Assembly: GCA_963717465.1 (NCBI GenBank)
Contig: OY970340.1
Location: 2,208,001 to 2,272,000, forward strand
DNA from: Candidatus Bathyarchaeota archaeon
GTDB lineage: Archaea > Thermoproteota > Bathyarchaeia > Bathyarchaeales > Bathycorpusculaceae
DNA: 64,000 nt
Direction: 5' to 3'
Each line of letters begins with the position of its first letter. The stretch's first letter is position 1. Positions 63,420 to 64,000 of the stretch are shown here, piece by piece. The notes under the pieces were generated by a model. It was not told the origin of the DNA and searched no databases. It saw only the letters and a program-made list of their open reading frames with translations. The position numbers and the translations under genes are program-made.

Positions 63420-64000
63420 TTAAGAACCTCCTCCGCAATATTCCCCGTTCAGCCACTTCACCATGCAAAAGTGTTCAACCTCAACTTGAGATTTGCCTGA
63501 AAATACTGTGACGTCTTTGTGTGGGTTTGTTGGGTCAGGCATAATCACCTTGTTCTTTAAGGGCAATCTTTTAAAATCCTCAATCCTGTGGGAATCCCAG
63601 ACGTGAGGATCGGGATTAGCGTTTCCTTTCTCATCTCCGACCAGCATAACAAACAAATTTTCCAGATTCACCCTTCGTGCTCTTCGAGTCCATTTAACTC
63701 GTGCCTCCTCTTCAGAATGATAGTGCAGGAAACAAATTTCAACATCCTCGAGTACACCTACCGGATAAGGATGCCCACGAAGGCTCATGTGCTCCTTAAC
63801 AGTAGGGTGTTTTGAGACGCCTACAAACTGTATTAGAATGTTGAGATAATGCTCAAGGTTTGAAAGAAATTTAATATAGTCCTCTAAGAAAAAGAACAAG
63901 CCAACTGTTGGTGTAGTATATTGTAAACCCAATTCTTTGTATCCAAATATTCCGGCTCCGCAATTATTGGATATTATTGTAAAATCCTTGTTCTTTAGCC
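63420..64000 (-). CDS. DUF1919 family exopolysaccharide biosynthesis protein (5'-truncated by window edge)
   Basis: Frame open to the edge: KNKDFTIISNNCGAG...LGLQYTTPTVGLF, YPVG.L.DVEI.FLHY and KW.RR..R. Confidence 0.85.
   Translation of the reverse strand, partial: LKNKDFTIISNNCGAGIFGYKELGLQYTTPTVGLFFFLEDYIKFLSNLEHYLNILIQFVGVSKHPTVKEHMSLRGHPYPVGVLEDVEICFLHYHSEEEARVKWTRRARRVNLENLFVMLVGDEKGNANPDPHVWDSHRIEDFKRLPLKNKVIMPDPTNPHKDVTVFSGKSQVEVEHFCMVKWLNGEYCGGGS

Noticed and set aside
339..63815. Numerous short antisense or overlapping ORFs in the track (e.g. 339, 2529, 7627, 15963, 17029, 42459)
   Set aside because: They overlap well-supported genes on the other strand or frame and lack motifs.

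Overview
AT-rich archaeal chromosomal window. Gene families (class III signal-peptide pilins, TFB paralog, Hjc, TackOD1/NitrOD5-like domains, DUF1616/DUF2206) point to TACK archaea, most likely Bathyarchaeia; this is inference. The first ~8.4 kb hold housekeeping-like genes (MinD/ParA, degenerate MobA, Mrr-like nuclease, Hjc, YjbQ, PncA), a decayed ~1 kb IS5-like element with TIRs and a TTA target duplication, and a 2 kb ORF-free stretch. A 23-bp motif (GTATACAAAAGCATCRHCRAAAC) occurs five times there, always intergenic. The remaining ~55 kb are a cell-surface locus. It includes a divergent TFB head-to-head with a type IV pilus cluster (two small pilins, a giant ~1870-aa pilin-adhesin, an ATPase and two TadC/FlaJ-like proteins). 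It also holds several large modular Ig-like surface proteins sharing modules with the giant pilin, a UDP-Glc/UDP-GlcA/UDP-Xyl pathway and a glycosyltransferase cluster. Many genes are broken by single-base indels, mostly +1 and densest at 22.3-26.3 kb, which look like sequencing errors. All family calls were made by eye, without database searches. No rRNA, tRNA or CRISPR array was seen.
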